Below the pieces are notes generated by a model. That model was not told where the DNA came from and ran no database searches. It worked only from the letters and a program-made list of their open reading frames with translations. This document shows, piece after piece, positions 1 through 14,646 of a DNA stretch of 64,000 bases (within the stretch, counting starts at the first letter, position 1; each line of letters opens with the position of its first letter). The translations under genes were made by a program, and so were the position numbers. Origin of the DNA: a bacterium (GTDB taxonomy: Bacteria > Babelota > Babeliae > Babelales > RVW-14); the NCBI GenBank assembly GCA_016699045.1, contig CP064957.1:729784-793783 (forward strand). The letters run 5' to 3'.

Positions 1-1
1 C

Positions 2-175
2 ATCAAGAAAGGTTCTAGTACCCCTGGGAAAGCTTCTGCTGGAACAATTCAGATGAAAGACATTGAAGAAATTGCTAAAATCAAAATGGTCAACTTAAAT
101 GCTGTAGACCTTGAAGCAGCAAAGAAAACGATTGCTGGTAGTGCTCGTAGCATGGGCCTTGAAGTTATTGAGTAA
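2..175 (+). CDS. rplK: 50S ribosomal protein L11, C-terminal fragment (5' end outside window)
   Basis: Frame 2 is open from the window edge to TAA at 173-175. It translates to ...[49 protein letters not shown], a typical L11 C-terminus, and sits directly upstream of rplA. Confidence 0.9.
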   Translation: MKKGSSTPGKASAGTIQMKDIEEIAKIKMVNLNAVDLEAAKKTIAGSARSMGLEVIE

Positions 176-232
176 TATAACGTCGTTATAACTGGTTCAT
201 CTTAAAATTAATTATTGAAGTAGGATCTATAC

Positions 233-925
233 ATGGGGAACGTTAGTAAAAATCATAAAAAGGCATTACAGCTACTGGCAAACGCTGAAATAACTTCATG
301 CAAGTCAGCATTAGACTTTGTCATTAAAAATGCGTATACCAAATTTGATGAATCAGTTGATGCGGATATTTCACTCGGCATTGATGCGTCAAAGGGCGAT
401 CAAACTGTTCGCGGCTCGGTATTGTTACCGCACGGCCTTGGTAAGAAGGTTCGTGTTCTTGTTTTTGCTAAAGGGTCATACGAAGAAGCTGCATTAAAAG
501 CTGGTGCCGACTATGTTGGCGCTGATGATCTTGTAGAAAAAATTGAAGGTGGCTGGATGGAATTTGATGCAGCTGTTGCGACGCCTGATTTAATGGGCCT
601 TGTTGGGAAAGTAGCAAAAGTATTGGGACCTCGAGGATTGCTGCCAAACAAAAAAATTGGCACCGTTACTTTCGATGTTGCAGAAATTGTTTCTGACCTT
701 AAAAAGGGTCGTTTGTCATTTCGTAACGACAAAGGCGGCACCTTGCATGCACCGTTTGGTAAAGTTTCTTTTGGCTCAGAAAAGCTTATAGAAAATCTTG
801 CAGCACTTGTTAAAGCTGTTCAATCATGCAAACCTGCATCCTCAAAAGGTAAGTTTTTAAGAAAGATTACCATTTCATCAACGATGGGTGTTGGCTTAAC
901 AATTAATCCTGATGAAATCGGATAA
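233..925 (+). CDS. rplA: 50S ribosomal protein L1
   Basis: 230-aa ORF with L1 hallmarks (GLGKKVRVLVFA, VATPDLMGLVGKVAKVLGPRGLLPN) in the conserved rplK-rplA-rplJ-rplL order. Confidence 0.95.
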   Translation: MGNVSKNHKKALQLLANAEITSCKSALDFVIKNAYTKFDESVDADISLGIDASKGDQTVRGSVLLPHGLGKKVRVLVFAKGSYEEAALKAGADYVGADDLVEKIEGGWMEFDAAVATPDLMGLVGKVAKVLGPRGLLPNKKIGTVTFDVAEIVSDLKKGRLSFRNDKGGTLHAPFGKVSFGSEKLIENLAALVKAVQSCKPASSKGKFLRKITISSTMGVGLTINPDEIG

Positions 926-954
926 ATAAGCATATAAGCAAAAGGAATTAAACC

Positions 955-1464
955 ATGAACCGCCAACAAAAAGAAAGTTCTATTTCTGATTTTGTAAAAA
1001 TTCTTACAGATTCACAAAGCACTATTCTTGTTAAATATAAAGGCCTTAGTGTTAATAACATGCAATCACTCAGACAAAATCTGCGTGAAGATGGCGGTAA
1101 TTTAAAAATTACCAAAGCACGTCTTATGAAAATTGCTGCGCAACAAGTTGGTTCAGATGTTCAAGGACTTTCTGAATTCAAGGAGCATTTTCATGACCAA
1201 GTAGGCCTTGTTTTTAGCAAAGAAGATAATATTTCAGCATTAGCAAAAAGACTTGTAAACTTTTCAAAGGATAACCAATCTTTTGAATTGGTTGCGGGTT
1301 TGTATGAGCAACGTCTTCTTTCAGTAAATGAATTAAAAACATATGCTTCTTTGCCTTCTCGAGATGTGTTGTTGGCTATACTTGCTGGCACATTAAAAGA
1401 ACCAATTGCGCAATTTGCACGAGCTTTGAATTTGATTGCTGAAAGCAGAAAAGAAAATATATAA
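955..1464 (+). CDS. rplJ: 50S ribosomal protein L10
   Basis: 169-aa ORF with AGGA upstream, placed between rplA and rplL. L10-like N-terminus (LVKYKGLSVNNMQSLRQNLRE). Confidence 0.9.
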   Translation: MNRQQKESSISDFVKILTDSQSTILVKYKGLSVNNMQSLRQNLREDGGNLKITKARLMKIAAQQVGSDVQGLSEFKEHFHDQVGLVFSKEDNISALAKRLVNFSKDNQSFELVAGLYEQRLLSVNELKTYASLPSRDVLLAILAGTLKEPIAQFARALNLIAESRKENI

Positions 1465-1635
1465 ATAAAAAGCCTTTAAATCTGGGCTAAATACTTGTAT
1501 ATTGTCAATCTGTGTGATAACATAATTGTTATAATAACAGGGTTGAAATAATCAAAAAGTAGATTTTTGAGTAGATTTTGATTGTTGATTAAGTTTTTAT
1601 TAATAGTAATTCGTTAGTTGTTAGGGAGTTGTCTC

Positions 1636-2001
1636 ATGGCGTCAAGATTGGTTGAAGAAATAAGCAAAATGTCTGTAATGGAACTTGCTGAACTTGTTAA
1701 AGAAATTGAAGAATTTTTTGGTGTTTCAGCGGCGGCTCCAGTAGCAGCAGCTCCAGCAGCAGGCAACGCAGCTCCAGTAGCAGAATCTAAATCTGAATTC
1801 AAAGTTGTCCTTAAAGATGGTGGTAGCGAAAAAATTAAAGTAATTAAAGCTCTTCGTACCGTAACAACACTTTCTCTTGGTGATGCTAAAAAAGCAGTTG
1901 ATGAAGTGCCATTTACCGTTTCAGAAGCTGCTCCTAAAGAAGAAGCTGAAAAAATCAAAAAAGCTCTTGAAGAAGCCGGCGCAAAGGTTGAGCTCTCTTA
2001 A
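1636..2001 (+). CDS. rplL: 50S ribosomal protein L7/L12
   Basis: ATG at 1636 is preceded by AGGGAG at 1623-1628. It has an Ala/Pro hinge ([16 protein letters not shown]) and the C-terminal domain [25 protein letters not shown]...[13 protein letters not shown]. The ORF-track TTG at 1618 is less likely. Confidence 0.93.
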   Translation: MASRLVEEISKMSVMELAELVKEIEEFFGVSAAAPVAAAPAAGNAAPVAESKSEFKVVLKDGGSEKIKVIKALRTVTTLSLGDAKKAVDEVPFTVSEAAPKEEAEKIKKALEEAGAKVELS

Positions 2002-2050
2002 CTCTTTGTTACTTTTTTTACTTTTTTTATTTAGTGCATTTTTGAGAATG

Positions 2051-2083
2051 CCCATTTTAAGCAATACGTTGTTTTAAAATGGG
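2051..2083 (+). terminator. Hairpin between rplL and rpoB (possible attenuator)
   Basis: Perfect 10-bp stem CCCATTTTAA (2051-2060) / TTAAAATGGG (2074-2083) with a 13-nt loop. The downstream T-run is weak, so at most a partial terminator. An attenuator at this position is known in E. coli. Confidence 0.35.
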
Positions 2084-2152
2084 ATTCTCTTGTCATTAGG
2101 CGTTTGTGTTCAGATAAGTTGCTAGTGCTTTTTTAGGGTTAGGAGCAATTGG

Positions 2153-6470
<4,318 letters not shown>

Positions 6471-6478
<8 letters not shown>

Positions 6479-9400
6479 TAGAATGCTTGAACGATTTCGT
6501 GAATACATCAATACAACACAGTTTAATGCGATCAGAATAGGCATTGCTTCACCAGAAAAGATTCGCTCTCTTTCGTATGGTGAAGTTAAGAAAATTGAAA
6601 CCATTAACTATCGCACACTTAAACCTGAGCGTGATGGTCTATTTTGCGCACGTATTTTCGGTCCAGTAAAAGACTGGGAATGTAATTGCGGCAAATACAA
6701 ACGTATGAAACATCGTGGGGTTACCTGCGAAAAGTGTGGTGTTGAAGTTATTCAATCACGCGTACGTCGTGAACGGATGGGACATATTAATCTTGTTTCA
6801 CCAGTTTGTCATATCTGGTTCTTAAAAGGTATACCTAGTTATTTAAGTTTAATTATGGGTATGACCGTTCGCGATCTTGAACGCGTTATTTACTTTGATA
6901 GTTATATTGTTATCAATCAAGGTAATTCACCATACCCTCAAAAAACTTTACTCAACAGTCAAGAATATGAAGAGTATGCCAGCACACATGTTGACGACAT
7001 TACGTTTGATGCAGGGATGGGCGCGGAAGCAATTAGAACATTACTCACAGGTATTGATTTAAATTTTGAAGTTCGCAAAATTGAAGAAGAATACAAAAAA
7101 ACAACCTCTATTGCCGTAAAGCACAGACTTGCAAAACGTTATAAAGTACTTTACAGTATGCTTCAAGCAACTATTCGTCCAGAATGGGTTTGCTTTGAAG
7201 TCTTGCCAGTCATTCCATCAGACTTGCGTCCATTGGTACCTCTTGAGGGTGGTCGTTTTGCGAGTTCAGATTTGAACGATCTTTATCGACGTGTTTTGAA
7301 CAGAAACATTCGTCTTAAGCGTCTTATCGAACTTGAAGCACCAGACGTTATTATCAAAAACGAAAAACGTATGCTTCAAGAATCGGTTGATGCCTTGATC
7401 GATAATGGTCGTCGAGGTCAACCAGTTCGCGGCTCAAATCGTCGTCCTCTTAAATCGTTAAGTGAAATGCTTCGCGGTAAACAAGGTCGATTCCGTCAAA
7501 ACCTCTTGGGTAAACGTGTTGACTACTCAGGTCGTTCTGTCATTGTGGTAGAACCAGAACTTGAAATGCATCAATGCGGCTTGCCTAAATTGATGGCACT
7601 TGAACTCTTTAAACCATATGTTTATGTAGAATTACAAAAACGAGAACTTGCAACCAATTTGCGTGTTGCAAAGCGTATGGTTGAAGAGATGACTGCTGAG
7701 GTCTGGGAAGCTTTAGAAGAAGTTGTAAAAGACCGAGCTGTGATATTAAACCGTGCTCCAACACTGCATCGCTTAGGTATTCAAGCTTTTTATCCAATTT
7801 TGGTAGAAGGTAAATCCATTAAAATTCATCCGCTTGTTTGCGCAGCATTTAACGCAGACTTTGACGGTGACCAAATGGCAGTACACGTACCATTGAGCAA
7901 GAGAGCTCGCACAGAAACAGTCAACTTGATGCTTTCTGTTAACAACTTGCTCTCGCCCGCAAATGGTCGTCCTCTTTCTACACCAACTAAAGATATGGTT
8001 CTTGGCTTGTATTATATGACTAAGGGTCGCAAAAATGTACCTGGTGAAGGTTTGGTATTTTCAAGTATTCATGAAGTCATTTATGCTTATCAGCATGAAC
8101 AAATAAGTATTCATGCACCAATTAAAGTGCGCCTAAAAAATAATGTTCTTGTTGAAACCACCGTTGGTCGCGTTATTGTTTATGAAGCGCTTCCTGAAGG
8201 TTCTGATTTCAACTGGGTAAATAAAGCCGTTAAGAAAAAAGATCTTGGCGTTTTGGTTGCATCTTTACATAAATATTTTGGCAGCCCATCAACGGTAAAA
8301 ACATTGGACAAAATTAAGAAGCTTGGTTTCTCATATGCAACCTTTGGGGGCGTTTCGTTGTCTATCGAGAATTTGATAATTCCTGATGAAAAACAAGGCA
8401 TCTTGAATGAGAGTAAAAAACAAGTTGAAAAAGCTGAGCAATTGTACGTCGATGGCGTTATTACCAACGGTGAACGATTGAACAAGATCATTCAAATTTG
8501 GGCTCGTGCTACGGAAGATGTCGCTAACAAAATGTTAACGGTTCTTGAAAAAGAAGATCGAGCAGCTGCTACAAACGTAGACAAAAACAACAAGCCATTT
8601 AACTCCGTATTTCTGATGCTAGACTCAGGGGCTCGTGGTTCTAAGCAACAAATTCAACAGTTGGCTGGTATGCGGGGTCTTATGGCTCGACCATCTGGTG
8701 AAATTATGGAAACGCCTGTTTTGGCAAACTTTAAAGAAGGCTTGAGCGTGTTTGAATACTTCGTATCAACACACGGAGCGCGTAAAGGTTTGGCAGATAC
8801 GGCACTGAAAACAGCTGACTCTGGTTACTTAACACGTCGACTTGTTGACGTTGCACAAGATATGGTTGTTACACAAACTGATTGTCAAACACTTGGTTAT
8901 ATTGGTTTGGCCGACATAGCCGAATCTGGTGAAATTATTGAATCTATCGGCAAACGAGCATATGGCCGTATTGCAGCAGAAGATATTAAAGATCCATTCA
9001 CGGGAAAATTGATTGCTACACAAGATTCATTGCTCACCGAAAGTATTGTTGAAGAAATCAATGACTCGGCAGTAAACAAAATAAACGTTCGCTCAGCATT
9101 AACCTGTCAAGCCAAACGTGGCGTTTGTGCAAAATGTTATGGCATGGATCTTTCAACTCAAAAGTTGGTTGAAATTGGTGCATCCGTCGGTATTATTGCC
9201 GCACAATCAATTGGTGAACCAGGTACGCAGCTTACCATGAGAACGTTCCATATCGGTGGTACCGCAAGCGGATTGATTGAACAAAACCATTACAAAGCAC
9301 GTTTTGATGGCAGAGTTTCATATCGAGATGTTCACGCGATAAAAAATCGTCATGGACTATGGACGGTCATGAATCGTAAATCAAAGGTTGTTATCATTCA

Positions 9401-10595
9401 AGAAGATGGACGCGAGTTAGAAGAATATAAACTCGAATACGGTTCTATCATTTTTGTTGATGACAATGCAATGATTAAGTCTGGCGAGAAAATTGCCGAA
9501 TGGGAACCACACAAAGTTATTATGTCAGAAAAGAATGGTTCGGTTCAATTCATTGACTTAATTGAAAACGTTACTTATCAAGAACGATTTGACGAAACAA
9601 CCGGTATGTCACTCAAGATTATTCTTGAGCGGCGCGATGAAAAACGTCAACCGTGCGTTGTCGTATTTGACAAAGAAGGCGGCGAAGAAGCTCGTTATTA
9701 TCTCCCAACCGGCGCTATCTTGATTGTAGAACCAAATGCGATGGTGGTTCCTGGTGACGCTCTTGCTAAATTGCCTCGTGAAGAAACAAGAACGAAAGAT
9801 ATTACCGGCGGTTTGCCACGCATTGCAGAATTGTTTGAAGCGCGTATTCCAAAAGATACCGCCATTATCAGTGAAGTAGATGGTATTGTTCGCTTTGGCG
9901 GCTTGCATAGAGGCCAGCGACGTGTTACCGTTACTACCGAAGAAGGCGAAATTTTCGAGTACAGCATTCCAAGAAATAAGCAACTTCTTGTCGAAGACAA
10001 TGAAGCAATCAAAGCTGGTGATCCATTGTGTTCTGGCGTTCTCAACGTTCATGATATTTTGAGAATTTTGGGACCAGATGATGTACAAAAGTACCTGGTA
10101 AAAGAAGTTCAGGAAATTTATACCTTACAAGGTATTGAGATAAACGATAAACATATTGAACTGATTGTTAAGCAAATGTTACGTAAAGTTCGTATCATAG
10201 ATGCTGGCGACACTAATTTTGTTGTCGGTGATCGTGTTGATAAGAATCATTTGCAAGCAGTTAATAGGCTTATTGCTCAGGCGGGTAAAAAAATTGCAAC
10301 AACAAAACCAATTTTGATGGGTATAACCAAAGCCTCCTTGGGTACTGAAAGCTTCTTATCTGCCGCATCATTCCAAAACACAACACATGTTTTGACTGAA
10401 GCGTCATTGGCTGGCCAAGTTGATTATCTTTATGGATTGAAAGAAAATATAGTTATTGGTAAACTAATACCAGCTGGAACAGGGGTTGCCTCTTTTAAGC
10501 TCCAGCACATTGGAGAGGAAATTTCTCATCTCGAACGACAAGCTCGAGATGAAGAAAGACTTGAAATTGGTCTTGATAAAATTTCTCTTGATTAA
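6471..10595 (+). CDS. rpoC: DNA-directed RNA polymerase subunit beta'
   Basis: GTG at 6471 lies 7 nt after AAGGAG (6458-6463) and overlaps the rpoB stop by 8 nt. ATG at 6483 is an alternative start. It carries the Zn site CNCGKYK..CEKCG and the catalytic NADFDGDQM. Confidence 0.97.
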
Positions 10596-10605
10596 ATAGG
10601 TTTGT

Positions 10606-10681
10606 AGGCACGTAGCTCAGTTGGTAGAGCATTGCTTTGACGTAGCAGAGGTCAGCGGTTCGATTCCGCTCGTGCCTACCA
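10606..10681 (+). tRNA. tRNA-Val (anticodon GAC), CCA encoded
   Basis: Hand-folded cloverleaf: acceptor AGGCACG/CGTGCCT, D arm GCTC-AGTTGGTA-GAGC, anticodon arm TTGCT-TTGACGT-AGCAG, T arm AGCGG-TTCGATT-CCGCT, discriminator A, then CCA. Confidence 0.9.
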
Positions 10682-10803
10682 TTTAAACGAGAGAAGTTGT
10701 TCTTGATTAAAATAGAAATAAACGATATTATAGATTTGTGTATTTTTAGAAGTTAAATTGACTATTTGTAATCAAAAAATAGTTTTTAGTTTGAGGTTCT
10801 TGA

Positions 10804-11070
10804 ATGTTAAATAAAGATGAAAAAAGTGCCATCATTACTCAATTTGCCAAATCAGCAAACGATACCGGCTCATCACAAGTACAAATAGCACTTCTCTCAA
10901 AGAGAATTAATCAGCTTTCTGAGCATTTACAAAAATTCCCTAAAGACAATCATTCTCGCAGAGGACTTCTGTGTATGCTTGGTCGTCGTAAAGCATTCCT
11001 TAAGTATTTGGAAAAAACTGATTTCAAAAGTTACAGCACTATTTCCCAATCTATGAAAGAAGTAGTTTAG
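10804..11070 (+). CDS. rpsO: 30S ribosomal protein S15
   Basis: 88 aa with an S15 signature (TGSSQVQIALLSKRINQLSEHL...KDNHSRRGLLCMLGRRKAFLKYL), upstream of pnp as in many bacteria. Confidence 0.95.
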   Translation: MLNKDEKSAIITQFAKSANDTGSSQVQIALLSKRINQLSEHLQKFPKDNHSRRGLLCMLGRRKAFLKYLEKTDFKSYSTISQSMKEVV

Positions 11071-11081
11071 ATCATTCTTGT

Positions 11082-11116
11082 CTTCATCCTATTTTATGGT
11101 GAAGTCTTTTCTTTTT
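11082..11116 (+). terminator. rpsO terminator / pnp leader hairpin
   Basis: 7-bp stem (11082-11088 with 11098-11104, one G-U pair), 9-nt loop, followed by TCTTTTCTTTTT (11105-11116). Confidence 0.5.
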
Positions 11117-11135
11117 ACTGAGAGGTACGATTATA

Positions 11136-13226
11136 ATGCACATGAAATTCAATCTGCCAGAGTTGGGTATTGAAGTTGAAATTGGTAAATTTGCCCGACA
11201 AGCTCATGGTGCCGCTTGGGTTAAGGTGGGCAACAATATCGTACTGTCTACGGTTGTTGCAGCTCCTGCAGGAAAAAGCTTTGCGGGTTTTTTTCCGTTG
11301 ACTGTTGAATACCGCGAGAGACTCTCTGCTGCCGGCAAAATTCCTGGTGGCTACTTAAAGCGAGAAGGTCGACTATCTGATCATGAGGTTCTTATTTCCC
11401 GCATTATCGATCGTCCTATTCGTCCTCTTTTTCCAACTTATTATTTTGACGAAGTACAGCTTCTTTCGACAGTTTATTCCTCAGATGGTGCTTTTCCCGC
11501 AAGTATTCTTTCATTAATCGGCTCATCTATTGCCTTAACCATTTCTGAAATCCCATTCATGGGGCCTATCGGTGGGGTACAAATTGGGCGTATTAATGGC
11601 GAATGGAAGTTTAATCTCAGTCATGAAGAAATAGAGAAATCAGACACAAACATTATTGTCGCAGGCACCAAAAATGGTATTTCCATGGTTGAGGGCAACT
11701 GTAATGATTTATCTGAAACTGAGTTGATTGATATTTTATTCTTGGCTCATGAGAAAATTAAAGCCCAAGTCGACTGGCAACTTGAAATTCAAAAAGCCGT
11801 TGGCAAGCAAAAACTTGAACTTTCAAGTGAGTATGATTGGGATGCTTTACAAAAACGCGTTGATGCTTTTGTAGCTGAAAACGATATGACTAGTGTTTTT
11901 GGTGAAACAAAAAAAGAGCGCAGCATTGCTATGGAAGCGCTGAGAGATAAAGTCATTCAAAACTTTGTAGCAGATTTTGAAGCAGGTTTACTAACTGAAG
12001 AGATTGTTAGCCATCTATTTGAAAATCGCATTAAAGTTCTTCTTTCTGATGTTCTGGCAAAAAAACAAGTTCGCATGGATGGTAGAAAACTTGATGAAGT
12101 AAGACCTATTTCGATTGAAATTGGCCTTTTACCTTGCGTGCACGGCTCATCAGTATTTATGCGCGGCGAAACGCAAGCGTTATCAAGCATCACACTTGGC
12201 ACATCCCAAGACGCACAAAAAGTTGATTCTCTTTTTGGGGCAACACAAGAACGCTCATTCATGCTTCATTACAACTTCCCTCCTTTTTCCGTTGGTGAAG
12301 TGCGCGCAATTCGCGGTGTAGGAAGACGAGAAATTGGTCATGGCTTTTTAGCAGAATCATCATTCCGTAACGTTTTACCTTCTGAAAACAGCTTTCCTTA
12401 CACAATCCGCTCTGTTGTTGATATTTTGGAATGTAATGGCTCTTCGTCAATGGCTACTGTTTGCGCAACGAGCATGGCGTTAATGGATGCTGGCGTACCA
12501 ATTAGTCAAATGGTTGGCGGTATCGCTATGGGACTGGTAAAAGATTCTCAAAGCAACTATCACGTTTTGACTGATATTCTTGGCACTGAAGATGCACTTG
12601 GGTTGATGGATTTCAAGGTAACCGGTACTAAAAAAGGTATCATGGCCTTCCAGCTTGACATTAAAGACAAAGTTGGTCTGCCACGTGAACTTTTAATGAA
12701 AGCGCTTGAACAAGCACGTACCGCTCGTCTGCACATTTTGAAAAAAATGTCTGAAACGTTAGCTGCACCACGCACTGAAATTTCAAGCCTTGCTCCTCGT
12801 ATTTCTTCTTTTAAGGTCCCGCAAGATAAAATTGGCGCAATTATTGGGCCCAGTGGGAAAGTTATTAAAGAAATTATTGCTAAGACAAAAACACAAATCG
12901 ACATCGAAGATGACGGTACGGTTAAGATTTTCTCCAAAGATGAAGCTGCTGCAAAAGAAGCTGGTAACTGGATTAAAACCATTGTTGGTGATATTGAACC
13001 AGGAAGCTCATATGATGGCATCGTGCGTCGTGTTGTCGATTTTGGTATCTTTGTTGAATTAGTACCTGGAAAAGAAGGCCTTGTTCATATTTCATCAATA
13101 GCGCGCGACAAACAACGCGACCTTGAGCGCATGTACAAAATAAATGACGTTATTAAAGTTAAAGTTATTCATTTTGATAAAGAAACTGGACGCATTCGTT
13201 TAATTGCACCAGAACTTGAAAAATAG
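11136..13226 (+). CDS. pnp: Polyribonucleotide nucleotidyltransferase (PNPase)
   Basis: 696 aa with two RNase PH-like domains, KH (GAIIGPSGKVIKEI) and S1 (GIVRRVVDFGIFVELVPGKEGLVHIS). Confidence 0.97.
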   Translation: MHMKFNLPELGIEVEIGKFARQAHGAAWVKVGNNIVLSTVVAAPAGKSFAGFFPLTVEYRERLSAAGKIPGGYLKREGRLSDHEVLISRIIDRPIRPLFPTYYFDEVQLLSTVYSSDGAFPASILSLIGSSIALTISEIPFMGPIGGVQIGRINGEWKFNLSHEEIEKSDTNIIVAGTKNGISMVEGNCNDLSETELIDILFLAHEKIKAQVDWQLEIQKAVGKQKLELSSEYDWDALQKRVDAFVAENDMTSVFGETKKERSIAMEALRDKVIQNFVADFEAGLLTEEIVSHLFENRIKVLLSDVLAKKQVRMDGRKLDEVRPISIEIGLLPCVHGSSVFMRGETQALSSITLGTSQDAQKVDSLFGATQERSFMLHYNFPPFSVGEVRAIRGVGRREIGHGFLAESSFRNVLPSENSFPYTIRSVVDILECNGSSSMATVCATSMALMDAGVPISQMVGGIAMGLVKDSQSNYHVLTDILGTEDALGLMDFKVTGTKKGIMAFQLDIKDKVGLPRELLMKALEQARTARLHILKKMSETLAAPRTEISSLAPRISSFKVPQDKIGAIIGPSGKVIKEIIAKTKTQIDIEDDGTVKIFSKDEAAAKEAGNWIKTIVGDIEPGSSYDGIVRRVVDFGIFVELVPGKEGLVHISSIARDKQRDLERMYKINDVIKVKVIHFDKETGRIRLIAPELEK

Positions 13227-13253
13227 AAATCTCAATTTTTAAATGGAAGCATC

Positions 13254-14129
13254 ATGGAACCAACAAAGCGTCGTATTGACGGACGAGCCGTCGATCAAGT
13301 AAGATCCGTTAAAACTTACTACGACCTTATTGGTTTTGCAGATGCTTCCATTTTATTTGAACTCGGAAAAACAAAAATTCTTGTTTCGGTCACTTTGCAA
13401 GATGGTGTCCCTCGCTTCTTAAAAGGTCAAAAAACTGGTTGGCTCAATGCTGAATATGCAATGCTACCATGCTCCACACAACAACGCATTCAACGTGAAA
13501 TTATTGCTGGCAAAAGAAACTCTCGGAATGTGGAAATATCACGCCTGATTGGCCGTTGTTTACGCACAGTCGTCGATCTTGACCTGATTCCAGACAAAAC
13601 GATTAACATTGATTGTGACGTCTTGCAAGCAGATGGTGGCACACGCGTGGCCTGTATTACCGCCGCAAGCCTTGCACTTAACGTCGCCGCAAATCGCTGG
13701 CGCGAGCGTGGCGTCATTCGTCACAATTTGATTAAAGAGTCTATCGCCGCCATTTCTGTTGGTATCGTACAAAAAACTCCCATGATCGATTTAAATTATA
13801 CCGAAGATTCACAAGCAGAAGCAGATTTTAATGTCGTTATAACACAATCTGGCAAGCTTATTGAGCTACAAGGCACCGCAGAAAAAGATCCCGTTGATTG
13901 GAGCGTTTTTGAACAAATCAAAGATATCGCCATTAAAGGTATTAAAGATCTTTTTATAACAACAGCAACTGTTGTTCCAGTTTTAACGATACAACAAGAA
14001 GATTTCTTGCCCTTTATTCATCAAGCGGCACTAGAACAGAAATCGGTTACACCTCAACCTACTCAAACAACTCGCATAAATCCTTTTAGCATTGCAGGCC
14101 GAATCAATGCTCTCCAACAAAAGAGCTAG
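13254..14129 (+). CDS. rph: Ribonuclease PH with ~50-aa C-terminal extension
   Basis: RIDGRAVDQVRSV..., CDVLQADGGTRVACITAASLAL. At 291 aa it is longer than the typical ~240 aa. Confidence 0.9.
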   Translation: MEPTKRRIDGRAVDQVRSVKTYYDLIGFADASILFELGKTKILVSVTLQDGVPRFLKGQKTGWLNAEYAMLPCSTQQRIQREIIAGKRNSRNVEISRLIGRCLRTVVDLDLIPDKTINIDCDVLQADGGTRVACITAASLALNVAANRWRERGVIRHNLIKESIAAISVGIVQKTPMIDLNYTEDSQAEADFNVVITQSGKLIELQGTAEKDPVDWSVFEQIKDIAIKGIKDLFITTATVVPVLTIQQEDFLPFIHQAALEQKSVTPQPTQTTRINPFSIAGRINALQQKS

Positions 14130-14646
14130 TTGCTCACGCGCATTTTTAAAAAAATTCTTGGCAATATGCGTCATTACCTTTTTTGCAGCATGCCTTCCTA
14201 GGCGTCAAATTTCGCGCGATTCACATGTTCCACTATTTATTCAAATGCCGCTCAGTAAATTTGTTTTTCGCGATGTCTCAAGTATTATTTACAACGCACT
14301 AACCGACCACTGCGCACGCGTTGGCTATCATCTTGTTACAAAGCCACAGGACGGCTATACCTTGCATATCGAAGTTAAAGACCTGTCATCATTAAGAAAA
14401 TTTGTCTCTCCAGATATCTTACTTTTTCATACAACGGTTCAATTAGAATTGGTATGTTCGCTGTATGATTTTACTCACAAACTCGTTCAACAAAAAACAT
14501 TTCGTTTTTCGACCTTGATATCTAAAGCAAGAAATCCTATTCTTAATAGTAGTTTCTCAACTTTTGAATATAAACAATTAATAAACCAAGCAGCGCCAAA
14601 AATTGAACGCTACTTTAGGCGATTTCTGAAAAAAGATGGATTTTAA
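14107..14646 (+). CDS. Small lipoprotein, LptE-like (LPS-assembly lipoprotein candidate)
   Basis: Signal peptide plus lipobox-like FFAAC. Its size and position immediately upstream of a holA-like gene mirror the E. coli lptE-holA arrangement. Start chosen at ATG 14107 (ORF track gives 14092). Sequence similarity to LptE is only weak pattern-level. Confidence 0.35.
   Translation: MLSNKRASCSRAFLKKFLAICVITFFAACLPRRQISRDSHVPLFIQMPLSKFVFRDVSSIIYNALTDHCARVGYHLVTKPQDGYTLHIEVKDLSSLRKFVSPDILLFHTTVQLELVCSLYDFTHKLVQQKTFRFSTLISKARNPILNSSFSTFEYKQLINQAAPKIERYFRRFLKKDGF

Noticed and set aside
1618-1635. TTG start extending rplL by 6 codons (ORF track)
   Set aside because: ATG 1636 has an AGGGAG SD at optimal spacing and yields a normal L7/L12 N-terminus. 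The TTG start would overlap the SD.
1877-2077. 66-aa Lys/Leu-rich ORF overlapping the 3' end of rplL
   Set aside because: It is an alternative frame of the GAA/AAA-rich rplL C-terminus, a low-complexity artefact.
9609-10088. 159-aa and 115-aa minus-strand ORFs inside rpoC; similarly 12560-13021 in pnp, 52463-52993 in nusA, 50820-51293 in the NlpC/P60 gene and 8180-8491 in rpoC
   Set aside because: They are antisense shadow ORFs lying entirely within strongly conserved genes. They have low-complexity or odd composition, no SD and no recognisable motifs.
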